This document shows positions 42,810 through 50,943 of a stretch of 59,663 nucleotides of DNA, one piece after another; positions within the stretch are counted from its first letter, which is position 1; every line of letters starts with the position of its first letter. The notes under the pieces are model-generated. The model made no database searches, was not told where the DNA came from, and saw only the letters and a list, made by a program, of their open reading frames with translations. Source of the DNA: a virus. The position numbers were made by a program, and so were the translations under genes. The stretch is from IMG/VR virus record IMGVR_UViG_3300048921_000145, one strand, 5' to 3'.

Positions 42810-43393
42810 ACCCCCCGTTGATTCTCGCCGACTTCGAGCTGGCCGCCGCCACCCTGCGCGTACCGGTGGCCGCCATCCGCGCCTTTGCCGAAGTGGAATC
42901 GCGCGGCGCCGGCTTCTTGCCGGACGATCGGCCGGTGATTCTGTTCGAGCGCCATGTGTTCCGCCGCCAGCTGATCGCCCACGGCGCCAACCTGGCCACC
43001 GTCGCCGACCTGGAGCGCACCCGCCCCGACCTGTGCAACAAAACCCCGGGCGGCTACGGCGCCAGCTCCAAGGAATGGAATCGCATGGATGACGCGGTGA
43101 AGATCAATCGCGCGGCGGCGCTGGAGTCGGCCAGCTACGGCGCCTTCCAGGTGATGGGCTTCAACTGGAAGCGCTGCGGGTATGCCAGCGTGCAGGACTT
43201 CGTCAACGCCATGTTCAAGAGTTCGGCGGCGCACCTGGACAGCTTCGTACGCTACATCCAGTCCGACGCCAACCTGCTGAAGGCCTTGCGTGCGCAGGAC
43301 TGGCCGATGGCCGCCCGACTGTATAACGGGGCGAACTTCCAGATTAACCACTACGACACCAAACTCGCCGAGGCCTTTGCCCGGTACAGCTAA
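42806..43393 (+). CDS. Endolysin, N-acetylmuramidase (DUF3380 family; 195 aa)
   Basis: IRAFAEVESRGAGF...ILFERHVF...YGAFQVMGFNW...LYNGANF signature. Confidence 0.85.
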   Translation: MNPPLILADFELAAATLRVPVAAIRAFAEVESRGAGFLPDDRPVILFERHVFRRQLIAHGANLATVADLERTRPDLCNKTPGGYGASSKEWNRMDDAVKINRAAALESASYGAFQVMGFNWKRCGYASVQDFVNAMFKSSAAHLDSFVRYIQSDANLLKALRAQDWPMAARLYNGANFQINHYDTKLAEAFARYS

Positions 43394-43405
43394 GGGGATG
43401 ACAGC

Positions 43406-43942
43406 ATGGCGGACTGGCAAAAGATGTTGAGCGCGGTAGCTCCATGGATTGGTGCGGCGGCTACCGGGGGCGTACCGGCGCTGGTGGGCATGGCAGCGGT
43501 GCAAGTGGGCCAGGCCTTCGGCACGGACGTGAAAGCCACCACCGACGCCATCGCCCAGGCCATCGGTGGCGCGAGCCCTGACCAGCTGCTGGCGCTGAAG
43601 TCCGCCGACAATGACTTTGCCGCGAAGATGCAGGCGCTGGGCTTCCAGAATACCCAAGCCCTGGAGCAGATCGCCGCCAATGACCGTGACAGCGCGCGCA
43701 AGCGTCAAACAGCCATGGGTGACTGGACGCCTTCAATCATCAGCTTCCTGATCATCGCGGCCTTCTCGGCAGTGATGTACCTGTTCATGACCCAAGAAAT
43801 GCCCGAGCAGGGCGCGATGCGCGATTCCATGCTGATCATGATCGGCACCTTGGCCGCCGCGTTCACGCAGGTGACCAATTATTATCTCGGTTCCTCGGCG
43901 GGGAGTGCGGCCAAAACCGAGATCATGGGGCGCAGGCCGTGA
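43406..43942 (+). CDS. Membrane protein of the lysis cassette (holin-of-3TMs/DUF3154-like; second holin, antiholin or spanin substitute; 178 aa)
   Basis: N-terminal Gly/Ala-rich helix, a central DRDSARKRQ segment, and C-terminal TM helices. Confidence 0.55.
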   Translation: MADWQKMLSAVAPWIGAAATGGVPALVGMAAVQVGQAFGTDVKATTDAIAQAIGGASPDQLLALKSADNDFAAKMQALGFQNTQALEQIAANDRDSARKRQTAMGDWTPSIISFLIIAAFSAVMYLFMTQEMPEQGAMRDSMLIMIGTLAAAFTQVTNYYLGSSAGSAAKTEIMGRRP

Positions 43943-44406
43943 GTTCCTTCACGGCGTTCTCGGCGCCGTTGCTGATCCAATACGACCTGTCCGCCAGCCA
44001 GGCGCTGGGCGCGGATCACTGGCGGGTGGCCAAGGAATTCAAATACTTCATCGGTAGCGAAAACTCCCAGCGCTTTATCACTGTGCCGGCCGGCTACTTG
44101 ACCGACGGCGCCAGCGTGCCGCGCGCCTTGTGGTCGATCATCCCGCCCTGGGGCGCCTACGGTCAGGCCGCCGTCGTGCATGACATCCTGTGTGAATACC
44201 TGTCGATCATGGTCGCCGGCAAGCTGACGCCGATCACGCGTGAGCGCGCCGATGAAATCTTTGCAGAAGCCATGACAGTGCTACAGGTGCCGTCGCATGA
44301 CGTCGCCCTGATCAGTGAGGGGGTGAAACTCTATCGCCTGGCCAGCGGCGCCAGCGCCCCCACCAATCGGCCCGAAAAGCGCGCACTCGAAGCGAGTTGG
44401 GCATGA
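43939..44406 (+). CDS. DUF1353-family protein (155 aa, GTG start)
   Basis: ITVPAGYLTDGASVPRALWSIIPPWGAYGQAAVVHD signature. Confidence 0.7.
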   Translation: MSSFTAFSAPLLIQYDLSASQALGADHWRVAKEFKYFIGSENSQRFITVPAGYLTDGASVPRALWSIIPPWGAYGQAAVVHDILCEYLSIMVAGKLTPITRERADEIFAEAMTVLQVPSHDVALISEGVKLYRLASGASAPTNRPEKRALEASWA

Positions 44407-44948
44407 GCGGCTTCATCGATTACCGCGACTATCCCGAGCTGGTGCCGCTGGTGGACGGCCTGCGCACTCAATGGCAAGCCTTGCGCCAGGAAGCGCGCGC
44501 CGAGATAGGCGCCTTCATCAAGAGTCCCGAGGTCGATATTCAGGATGCCGACGACATCCGCCTGTTCATCCTGCCGCTGAAGTGGCAAGGGCAGACGGTG
44601 AATGCCGGGCATGGTTTGGCGTATGCCGAGGAAATACTTGATCGCGTACCGGTCACCGCTGAGGCCATTGCCAACCCGCTGGTGGTATCGGTGATGTTCT
44701 CGCTGTCGGTGCCGGGCCTTGAGCTGATCCCGCACATCGACAACGAGGAATGGATCGGCGCCGTGTGGCGCATTCATATCGGGCTCGATTGCCCGGACGG
44801 GTGCGGGCTGATGGTCGACGGCCAGGTGCAAACCTGGCAGGACGGTGAAGCGCTGATGTTCGACAGCGCGCGGGTAGAACACTCGGCGTGGAACCGAGGC
44901 GCCGCCCCGCGCTTGATACTGATCGTCGACGTTAAGCGATTGGCGTAG
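44403..44948 (+). CDS. Aspartyl/asparaginyl beta-hydroxylase-family 2OG/Fe(II) oxygenase (LpxO-like; 181 aa)
   Basis: HIDNEEW...RIHIGLDCP...GEALMFDSARVEHSAWNRG...RLILIVD signature. ATGA overlap with the upstream gene. Confidence 0.7.
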   Translation: MSGFIDYRDYPELVPLVDGLRTQWQALRQEARAEIGAFIKSPEVDIQDADDIRLFILPLKWQGQTVNAGHGLAYAEEILDRVPVTAEAIANPLVVSVMFSLSVPGLELIPHIDNEEWIGAVWRIHIGLDCPDGCGLMVDGQVQTWQDGEALMFDSARVEHSAWNRGAAPRLILIVDVKRLA

Positions 44949-45624
44949 CGGCGCACGGCCCGCTGTGACCGGCCCGGCGTGAGCAGGTCCAGCCTCGTGG
45001 TGGTAACAGGCACTTGTGCGGTTCGGCGATGCTGTAAAAGAATACCTCGTCTTGCTCTAGCGAGTGCTCCCCGTTCATTTGCACGGCCGCGAACCACTTA
45101 CCGTCCTTGAACAGCATGTACTGGCTCGCTTCGCCCTGCGCTTCCCAGGTTAGGCCGGGCACGGTTTGCGGTATAGGCTGAGCCATCATTTCCCGTACCT
45201 CGGCGCTGATCGCGGTCAGGATTTCAGCGGCCATCGGGTTCTTGAACACCATGGTTGCGCCGTCGGTGGCGCGCTTTATTGGCGGCGGATCGATCAAGCC
45301 CAGGATGTGCATCAGCTGCTTGGTCGGCACGGCACGGTATTTCGGCAAGCTGCTACGGCAGTCCATAGGGAATGGCTGGCAGTCCGGGCACGGCGCCTCG
45401 CCCTGCTCGAAAGATTCCGGCGTCTGCCCGGTCGTATAGCTGATGACGCCGTGATCTTCGCAGGTGGCGCAGGTCGGAGGCTTGACCGGATGATCAACGA
45501 AGTAGCATTGCACCGCTGTGCGCATCTGCGTGAACACGGCGTCGCGCGCCATCGTGTTGCCCATGATGGCGCGCTCTATCTCGTCGAAGCGGTCGCGCAG
45601 GTCTTGCGGTATTGGATGGGTCAT
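44932..45624 (-). CDS. Hypothetical Cys-rich protein (230 aa); last gene of the leftward recombination operon
   Basis: Long ORF that converges on and overlaps the hydroxylase gene by 17 nt. Confidence 0.75.
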   Translation of the reverse strand: MTHPIPQDLRDRFDEIERAIMGNTMARDAVFTQMRTAVQCYFVDHPVKPPTCATCEDHGVISYTTGQTPESFEQGEAPCPDCQPFPMDCRSSLPKYRAVPTKQLMHILGLIDPPPIKRATDGATMVFKNPMAAEILTAISAEVREMMAQPIPQTVPGLTWEAQGEASQYMLFKDGKWFAAVQMNGEHSLEQDEVFFYSIAEPHKCLLPPRGWTCSRRAGHSGPCAATPIA

Positions 45625-45639
45625 AGATCACCTCTGAAT

Positions 45640-45777
45640 TTAAAAGACTTCGATTTCACCGCGCGGCCAGATCAGTCGGGCATCACGCAGCGCCTCGGCA
45701 TGGTCGATGCTTTCACCACCGCCCATTTGAAACACGCCGTAGCCTGGCACGCGTACGAACCATGATTTCTTTTTCAT
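45640..45777 (-). CDS. Small hypothetical protein (45 aa, start MKKKSWF)
   Basis: ATGA coupling to the upstream zinc-ribbon ORF. Confidence 0.45.
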   Translation of the reverse strand: MKKKSWFVRVPGYGVFQMGGGESIDHAEALRDARLIWPRGEIEVF

Positions 45778-45950
45778 GGCGCGCGGGTGTCGCGGTTGCT
45801 GCTGTGCAACGGTTTCTGCCCGGGCTTCAGTTCCCAGGCCCACACCGACTGGCACTGGCCGTTGGTACACAGCCGGACGAACTGCGTGGCGATGTCGCTC
45901 AGTGGCTCGCCGCAACCGGGGCAGGGCTTACCTTGTGGGGCTTCAAACAT
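45774..45950 (-). CDS. Small zinc-ribbon protein (58 aa, MFEAPQGKPCPGCGE...CTNGQC)
   Basis: Not in the ORF track (<60 aa). AAGG ~9 nt upstream. CxxC...CxxxxC motif. Confidence 0.5.
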   Translation of the reverse strand: MFEAPQGKPCPGCGEPLSDIATQFVRLCTNGQCQSVWAWELKPGQKPLHSSNRDTRAP

Positions 45951-45996
45951 GGATGGGCCTTGTGGGTTGGGCGCCGTAGCGCCCGGTTATGGTGGA

Positions 45997-47151
45997 TTAG
46001 TAAGTGATGGTGACGGCTGGGATTTGCTGCTTGATGATCGCGGTGATGATCGCCTTGGCTTCATCCGGCATAAGGAATGCTTCAGGCTGCCCGTCGCCGG
46101 ACAGGTTGATCTTTAGGAGGGCTTCGAGTGCAGCCTTGTTGATCGCCCCGCAATGCGCGCGGTTGGCGGCGCGGGCTTCATCGTCGCGGCGCTGCTGGTC
46201 CGCCTCGGCCTGTTGCTGGCGATCCTTGGCGGCCTGATCGTCCAGCACCTTCTGCCGGGCATCGGCGGCGGCCTTCTCTTCGCGCTGCTGTGACTGGCGG
46301 CGCTCGTCCGCAAGTTTCTGCTCGGCATCGGCTAAGGCCTGCTTATTTCGGCGCGCAGTGTCCTCGGCATCCCGCACACGCTTGGCGTCGGCGTCGCGCT
46401 GCTCCTGCTGCTGTTTCTCGTTGCGCTCGCGTTCTTCCTTCACGGCCAGTTCGGCGGCGTCCTTGATCTTCTTTTCTTCTTCGAGGGCGGCGATCTTGCG
46501 GCGGTTCTCGACCAGCTCGGCCTGTTCGTTTTCGTACTGCTGACGCTTGGCCAGCGCCTCGGTCAGCACGGTGATGCCATAGGCGCGCTTTTGTTCAGCT
46601 TCTTCCAGGCGGTGGCCGAAGTCCTCAACGGTCAACGGCTCTTGCTCCAGGCCGAACAAGGCGCCTTGAATCTCGTCAGCGGTGGCGTCAGCGGCCAGGG
46701 TGAAGCGCGCCACCACCTGGTCAATGCCTGCTTGCAAGCGATCCTCTTCGGCGTCGCGCGCGGCTTGCCATTCGTTCAGCGGCTTGCGCACCTCATCGCG
46801 CAGGGCGTTCATATCCGTCTCGAACTTGCGCAGCTCGGCCTCGATCACTTTCGGCTGCTCTTTGAGCTTCTTCAGGTACAGCCGGCCCGCATCGTCAACC
46901 GCCGTCTTGGAGCGCGCCACGGTGGCCGCCAGCGAGGCTATGCGCTTGCGGCCCTTGTCGGTGCTCAGGTCCGGCACTTCATTGATCACCGCGGCGCGAG
47001 CAGCGTCGACGAATTGCTTCAGGCTGTTGTGACCGAAGATCGTCGGCGCCTTCTCGGCGGAAATCTCCGGCAGTTTAATCAGGTCGGTGACCGGGGTTTC
47101 GGTGGTGGCTTCAGCGGCGGCGTCCGCTGCTTTGGTTTTTCTGGCTGCCAT
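45997..47151 (-). CDS. Coiled-coil protein of the recombination module (DUF1351-like; 384 aa)
   Basis: Very Glu/Lys/Ala/Arg-rich central coiled coil. Located downstream of recT. Confidence 0.75.
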   Translation of the reverse strand: MAARKTKAADAAAEATTETPVTDLIKLPEISAEKAPTIFGHNSLKQFVDAARAAVINEVPDLSTDKGRKRIASLAATVARSKTAVDDAGRLYLKKLKEQPKVIEAELRKFETDMNALRDEVRKPLNEWQAARDAEEDRLQAGIDQVVARFTLAADATADEIQGALFGLEQEPLTVEDFGHRLEEAEQKRAYGITVLTEALAKRQQYENEQAELVENRRKIAALEEEKKIKDAAELAVKEERERNEKQQQEQRDADAKRVRDAEDTARRNKQALADAEQKLADERRQSQQREEKAAADARQKVLDDQAAKDRQQQAEADQQRRDDEARAANRAHCGAINKAALEALLKINLSGDGQPEAFLMPDEAKAIITAIIKQQIPAVTITY

Positions 47152-47180
47152 GTCGTGATGCCTCTGTGTGTTGTGGTGGG

Positions 47181-47456
47181 TTAGGCGGTTTTGGGTTTGC
47201 GGGCTTTAACACCGGCCTGACGCTGCGTGTCGGTCAGCGTGCCTTTCGCCGGCTGGCTGCGTGTGCCAGGCTCTTCGGCGTGGTCTTCCTCGTACTGCGC
47301 CACGTCGCTCAGGCGGTAACCGATCTTGTTGCCGAGGCTTACCCGCTTCGGACCTTTGCCGTCGTTGAACCAGTTTTGCAGGGTGCGCGGCGTCATGTTC
47401 CAACGCGCAGCCAGCTCCTTTTGCGTCAAAACGCGGTCTTCAGTGTTAGCGGTCAT
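47181..47456 (-). CDS. MerR/excisionase-type HTH DNA-binding protein (~91 aa)
   Basis: LTQKELAARWNMTPRTLQNWFNDGKGPKRVSLGNKIGYRLSDV. The start overlaps the recT 3' end. Confidence 0.65.
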   Translation of the reverse strand: MTANTEDRVLTQKELAARWNMTPRTLQNWFNDGKGPKRVSLGNKIGYRLSDVAQYEEDHAEEPGTRSQPAKGTLTDTQRQAGVKARKPKTA

Positions 47457-48375
47457 ACTCGGGGCACTCGTCAAGGTTAGGGGTGTCGTCGCCAAAATAC
47501 GGCTCATCGACGGGTTGTTGTTGGGTTTGTGGTTCCGGCGTCACGTCGTCGGCTGGTTTTTCTTTGTTGATGATCGCCTGCAAGCGCGACGGCTGGCCGG
47601 GCTTGTGCTCGACCTTCGGCGGCTGCGTATCCTGCTCCAGGTCGAAGTTCATGGCCTGGTTATCGTGCTCGATCACGCGCGACAGGTCTTCGCTGTCCGT
47701 TGGCAGCTGCTTAAAGGCGCGCTTGATCACAGCCTTGATTGCAAACTGATCCTCCCAGTTGTTCCAGCCTGGGCCATTCTTGGATTTGGACATGGAACGC
47801 ACAGCAGCGATGTCGCGGGCGTTCATCACCTCGCGTTTCACCTCGCCGTTGTTCAGCTTGATGATGCAGTAGGCAGCGATCACCGGACCGGCATCGTCGG
47901 CGCCCATGTACGGCTTGTGCACAATGCGCGGCTGATCACCTCGCTCGTACTCAAACACGTCCTTCTGACGCACAGCCACACCGTCGACCATGGCCACGTC
48001 GCCGGTGCGGTAGAGGATGTTGATCAGGCCGCGGACCATCGGCATGTACTGGGCTTGCTTCTCCCAAATGGCCGGGCAATTCTTTTTGGCGACGTTGCAG
48101 TTGTAGACCTGAATCACCGCCTCTTTGCCATCCGGCAGTAAGCCGTCCTTGGCCGCCAGCATGATCGAGCCCATCAGCGACGTCGAGGTGCAGGTCAGCA
48201 GCTCCGGGTTCATGCTCACCACGGTTAGCGCGGTGCGAATGAAGCGGTCGACATCGATGCCTTGCGGCAGCTGCGCGGCGATCTGCTCGCGCTGGCCACC
48301 GGTTAACATCTTCTTGAAGCCTTGGGCCGGGCTTAGCGGCTTTTTGTCGTCGGTGGTGGTTACGGTGGTGCTCAT
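47446..48375 (-). CDS. recT: RecT-family single-strand annealing protein (309 aa)
   Basis: RecT-like core (FIRTALTVVSMNPELL...MLAAKDGLLPDGKEA), paired with a YqaJ exonuclease upstream. Confidence 0.85.
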   Translation of the reverse strand: MSTTVTTTDDKKPLSPAQGFKKMLTGGQREQIAAQLPQGIDVDRFIRTALTVVSMNPELLTCTSTSLMGSIMLAAKDGLLPDGKEAVIQVYNCNVAKKNCPAIWEKQAQYMPMVRGLINILYRTGDVAMVDGVAVRQKDVFEYERGDQPRIVHKPYMGADDAGPVIAAYCIIKLNNGEVKREVMNARDIAAVRSMSKSKNGPGWNNWEDQFAIKAVIKRAFKQLPTDSEDLSRVIEHDNQAMNFDLEQDTQPPKVEHKPGQPSRLQAIINKEKPADDVTPEPQTQQQPVDEPYFGDDTPNLDECPEYDR

Positions 48376-48405
48376 GCTGAAAGCCTCGGAACGGTTAAAG
48401 GGTGG

Positions 48406-49395
48406 TTACTTCTTCGGGTAAATCCGCATCATGCGGTGGCCAGAACGGGCGCCCAGGCGCTGGCCAATGTGCGCAGGGGTGATCAAGGTGCCGGCGCTGT
48501 CCTTGGTGGTGCCGGCGCTGATGCTGTAACCCGGGACCAGCACCTTGGCGTTGTGGCCGATGACGGTCAGGATTTCCGCCTTGAGCGCGCTTTTCTTATC
48601 GTCGGCAGCCTTGTATTCCTTGCCGGCCGCTTCGTGCAAAGCAATCAACTCTTTCAAGCGCGCGTTGTCGCCCATGTCGACGGTCTTGCCGTTGTCCTGG
48701 TACAGCAGCTGCGCGATGGTGTCGCCGTCGGCGCTGAAGTCCGGGGCCGGGGCCTTGCCGATGTCGACGCTGTGCCAGAACTCGCCGACCTTGTCGATGA
48801 TGGCGCGGCCAATCGAGCGGTCCCGCTGGCGCATGAACGGCATCGGGGCGTTACCACCCACCAGCGGCGCGATCAAGGTCCACTCCATGTCCGCCGTCTC
48901 TTGCTGGTGTTGCACCTGCAATTCGATGTGCGGCGGCGCTTCCATGATGTGATCGTCGGCGATCCACGCACGCTTGAATTGCAGGCCGTCGACGTTCTTC
49001 ACTTCCATGATGCCCGGGCCGTTTTCACGGAAGGCATCGCGGTAGGTTTCGTCGGTGCCGGTGTAGTCCTCGGCCAGGCCGACGATCTTGAAGTCGAACG
49101 ACGAGCCCATGCGCAACTCAGGAATGCGGGCATAAATTTTGAACGGCTCAACGAGCAGGCCGGTGTCTTCGGCGATACCGTAGGCAATCGCGGCTTCCAG
49201 ACGGTTGCCCCAGCGGATGCGATCGTTGAGCTCAAAGTCAGCCTCAAGCTGGCCGGTCTTGGCGTGAAAAAGGCTGTACGGCGTGGCATACGGCGAGCAG
49301 CCAAACAGGGCCGACACCTCGGTGGACGTCAGATCTTGTTGGCGCATGCCCAGCCATTCGGCTTCGGTGGTAAAGGTCAGGAAATCGCGTTTCAT
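48406..49395 (-). CDS. YqaJ-like viral recombinase exonuclease (329 aa)
   Basis: EWLGMRQQDLTSTEVSALFGCSPYATPYSLF signature. AGAGG RBS. Confidence 0.85.
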   Translation of the reverse strand: MKRDFLTFTTEAEWLGMRQQDLTSTEVSALFGCSPYATPYSLFHAKTGQLEADFELNDRIRWGNRLEAAIAYGIAEDTGLLVEPFKIYARIPELRMGSSFDFKIVGLAEDYTGTDETYRDAFRENGPGIMEVKNVDGLQFKRAWIADDHIMEAPPHIELQVQHQQETADMEWTLIAPLVGGNAPMPFMRQRDRSIGRAIIDKVGEFWHSVDIGKAPAPDFSADGDTIAQLLYQDNGKTVDMGDNARLKELIALHEAAGKEYKAADDKKSALKAEILTVIGHNAKVLVPGYSISAGTTKDSAGTLITPAHIGQRLGARSGHRMMRIYPKK

Positions 49396-49428
49396 GGATG
49401 CCTCTAAGGTGGTGATAGGTGAGTCGCT

Positions 49429-49457
49429 ATAATGGCGAATCTGTTTCGCCTTGGCAA
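49429..49457 (-). promoter_or_regulatory. PL-like promoter (TTGCCA-N17-CATTAT) with operator palindrome GGCGAA-N5-TTCGCC (49434-49450) in the spacer
   Basis: Lies between the repressor stop and the exonuclease start. The palindrome has the same 6-N5-6 architecture as the one at 50091-50107. Confidence 0.5.
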
Positions 49458-49490
49458 CAGCAATTTTCGCTTAAAGCGTGAAGATATTCG

Positions 49491-50066
49491 TTACATGCGC
49501 GACAGCAGCACCGGCGATGCCCATTCCAGCGCCACCGATTCGGCTGTGTACGGCCCTGACAGGTTGAAGGTGCCAAGCTGATAGCCGCGCCGCACCGTGG
49601 CCAGCACCATGGCGCCGCCTTCGATCTTGACGTAACAGAAGCGCCCCACCGCATCGCCCGCGACTTCCGTTGGGCGCACGCAAAAGAACGACCATCCATC
49701 GAGCCAGGCATTTACCGAGTCGGCAGTGTGCGCTTGCAACGCGATCACCCCTTCCGGCAATCCATCGGGTGACGGCGTGCGCGCGGGCTTGGCCAGCAGC
49801 TCGACGGTGCCGTCACCGCGCATCACCCCCACCATCGGCAAGCGCGTATCACGCACCCCGGCAATTCCAGCCGCCTCGGCGATCCTGGCCAATGGCACGC
49901 CGAAGATTTTCCCCAGTTGATTGGCTTCCTCTAACTGCATGCGCCGCTTGCCGGAAAAGGTCAGCGACAACTGTGAGTGCCCCATGCCCATTTTGGTGGC
50001 GACGGCGCGCAAGGAGAGTTTTTGTTGCGCCATCAATGCTTTGAAAAAACGTTTATCGACGATCAT
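49491..50066 (-). CDS. CI-like repressor (XRE-type HTH plus C-terminal domain; 191 aa)
   Basis: KLSLRAVATKMGMGHSQLSLTFSGKRRMQLEEANQLGKIFG HTH. GAGG RBS. Divergent from the rightward operon. Confidence 0.75.
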   Translation of the reverse strand: MIVDKRFFKALMAQQKLSLRAVATKMGMGHSQLSLTFSGKRRMQLEEANQLGKIFGVPLARIAEAAGIAGVRDTRLPMVGVMRGDGTVELLAKPARTPSPDGLPEGVIALQAHTADSVNAWLDGWSFFCVRPTEVAGDAVGRFCYVKIEGGAMVLATVRRGYQLGTFNLSGPYTAESVALEWASPVLLSRM

Positions 50067-50090
50067 GGGATGCCTCACATGCTTATAAGT

Positions 50091-50107
50091 GCGCAAAGGT
50101 GTTGCGC
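50091..50107. promoter_or_regulatory. Operator palindrome GCGCAA-N5-TTGCGC in the repressor/PR intergenic region
   Basis: Perfect 6-N5-6 inverted repeat, flanked by two TTATAAG -10-like elements (50083, 50122). Confidence 0.5.
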
Positions 50108-50173
50108 TGGCCATCGCCCGGTTATAAGATGGAACCACACCAAACCATAGCGAACCAACAAGAGGCTAGCAGC

Positions 50174-50368
50174 ATGATTGAAAGGCTGCTGAAAAAATCG
50201 GAAGTTGAACAGCTCACCAGCTTGTCAGCCTCTGAAATTGTTCGGCAAGAGAAGGCGGGGACATTCCCCAAACGGATCAAGATCGGGGCGCAGCGTAGCG
50301 CCTGGGTTGGTTCTGAAATCGACGCCTGGATTCAGGCGAAAATCAAGACAGCAAGGAGTGAGGGTTAG
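50174..50368 (+). CDS. AlpA-family HTH regulator (Cro-position; 64 aa)
   Basis: LLKKSEVEQLTSLSASEIVRQEKAGTFPKRIKIGAQRSAWVGSEIDAWI is an AlpA/phage transcriptional regulator signature. Confidence 0.7.
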   Translation: MIERLLKKSEVEQLTSLSASEIVRQEKAGTFPKRIKIGAQRSAWVGSEIDAWIQAKIKTARSEG

Positions 50369-50890
50369 ATGGCAGATTTGAACGAATGGCAAGGCATAGG
50401 CCGGCTTGGTAAAGAAATTGAGCTGCGTTTCTTGGGTAACGGTGATGCCGTGGCCAGCTTCAGCATCGCCTGCGATGACAGCTACAAGGACAAGCAAACC
50501 GGGGCCAAGGTCGAGCGCACCGAGTGGGTTCGTTGTGTGGCGTTCCGCCAATCCGCCGAGTTCCTGGCTGAATGGCTGCGCAAAGGCAACCGCGTGTTGA
50601 TCAAGGGCAAGCTGAAAACCCGTGAGTATGACAAGGATGGCGTGAAGCATTACGTCACCGAGATTCATGCGGATCGCGGCACGCAGATTATTGACTGGCC
50701 CGAGCGCGACCAGAACCAAACGCAGCAACAGCAGCGCCCGGTTAATCAGCAGCAACAACGCCCGGCGCAGAACAGCCAGCAACAACAGTCGCGCCCGGCC
50801 GGTAACGGTCAGCAGCAACAACGCAATCAGCAGGCCGCACCACAACCGCAACCCGACTTCGACAGCTTTGATGACGATATACCGTTCTAA
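50369..50890 (+). CDS. ssb: Single-stranded DNA-binding protein (173 aa)
   Basis: OB-fold N-terminus (GIGRLGKEIELRF...), Gln-rich linker and acidic DDDIPF tail. Confidence 0.9.
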   Translation: MADLNEWQGIGRLGKEIELRFLGNGDAVASFSIACDDSYKDKQTGAKVERTEWVRCVAFRQSAEFLAEWLRKGNRVLIKGKLKTREYDKDGVKHYVTEIHADRGTQIIDWPERDQNQTQQQQRPVNQQQQRPAQNSQQQQSRPAGNGQQQQRNQQAAPQPQPDFDSFDDDIPF

Positions 50891-50943
50891 GTGTTTGATT
50901 TATAACAACTTTCCGTCATAACTAGTATTCAGAGGCATCATCC

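Noticed and set aside
49428-49433. Perfect TATAAT on the plus strand upstream of the repressor 3' end; considered as an antisense promoter into cI.
   Set aside because: There is no acceptable -35 at 16-18 nt. The hexamer is simply the complement region of the leftward promoter's -10/operator.
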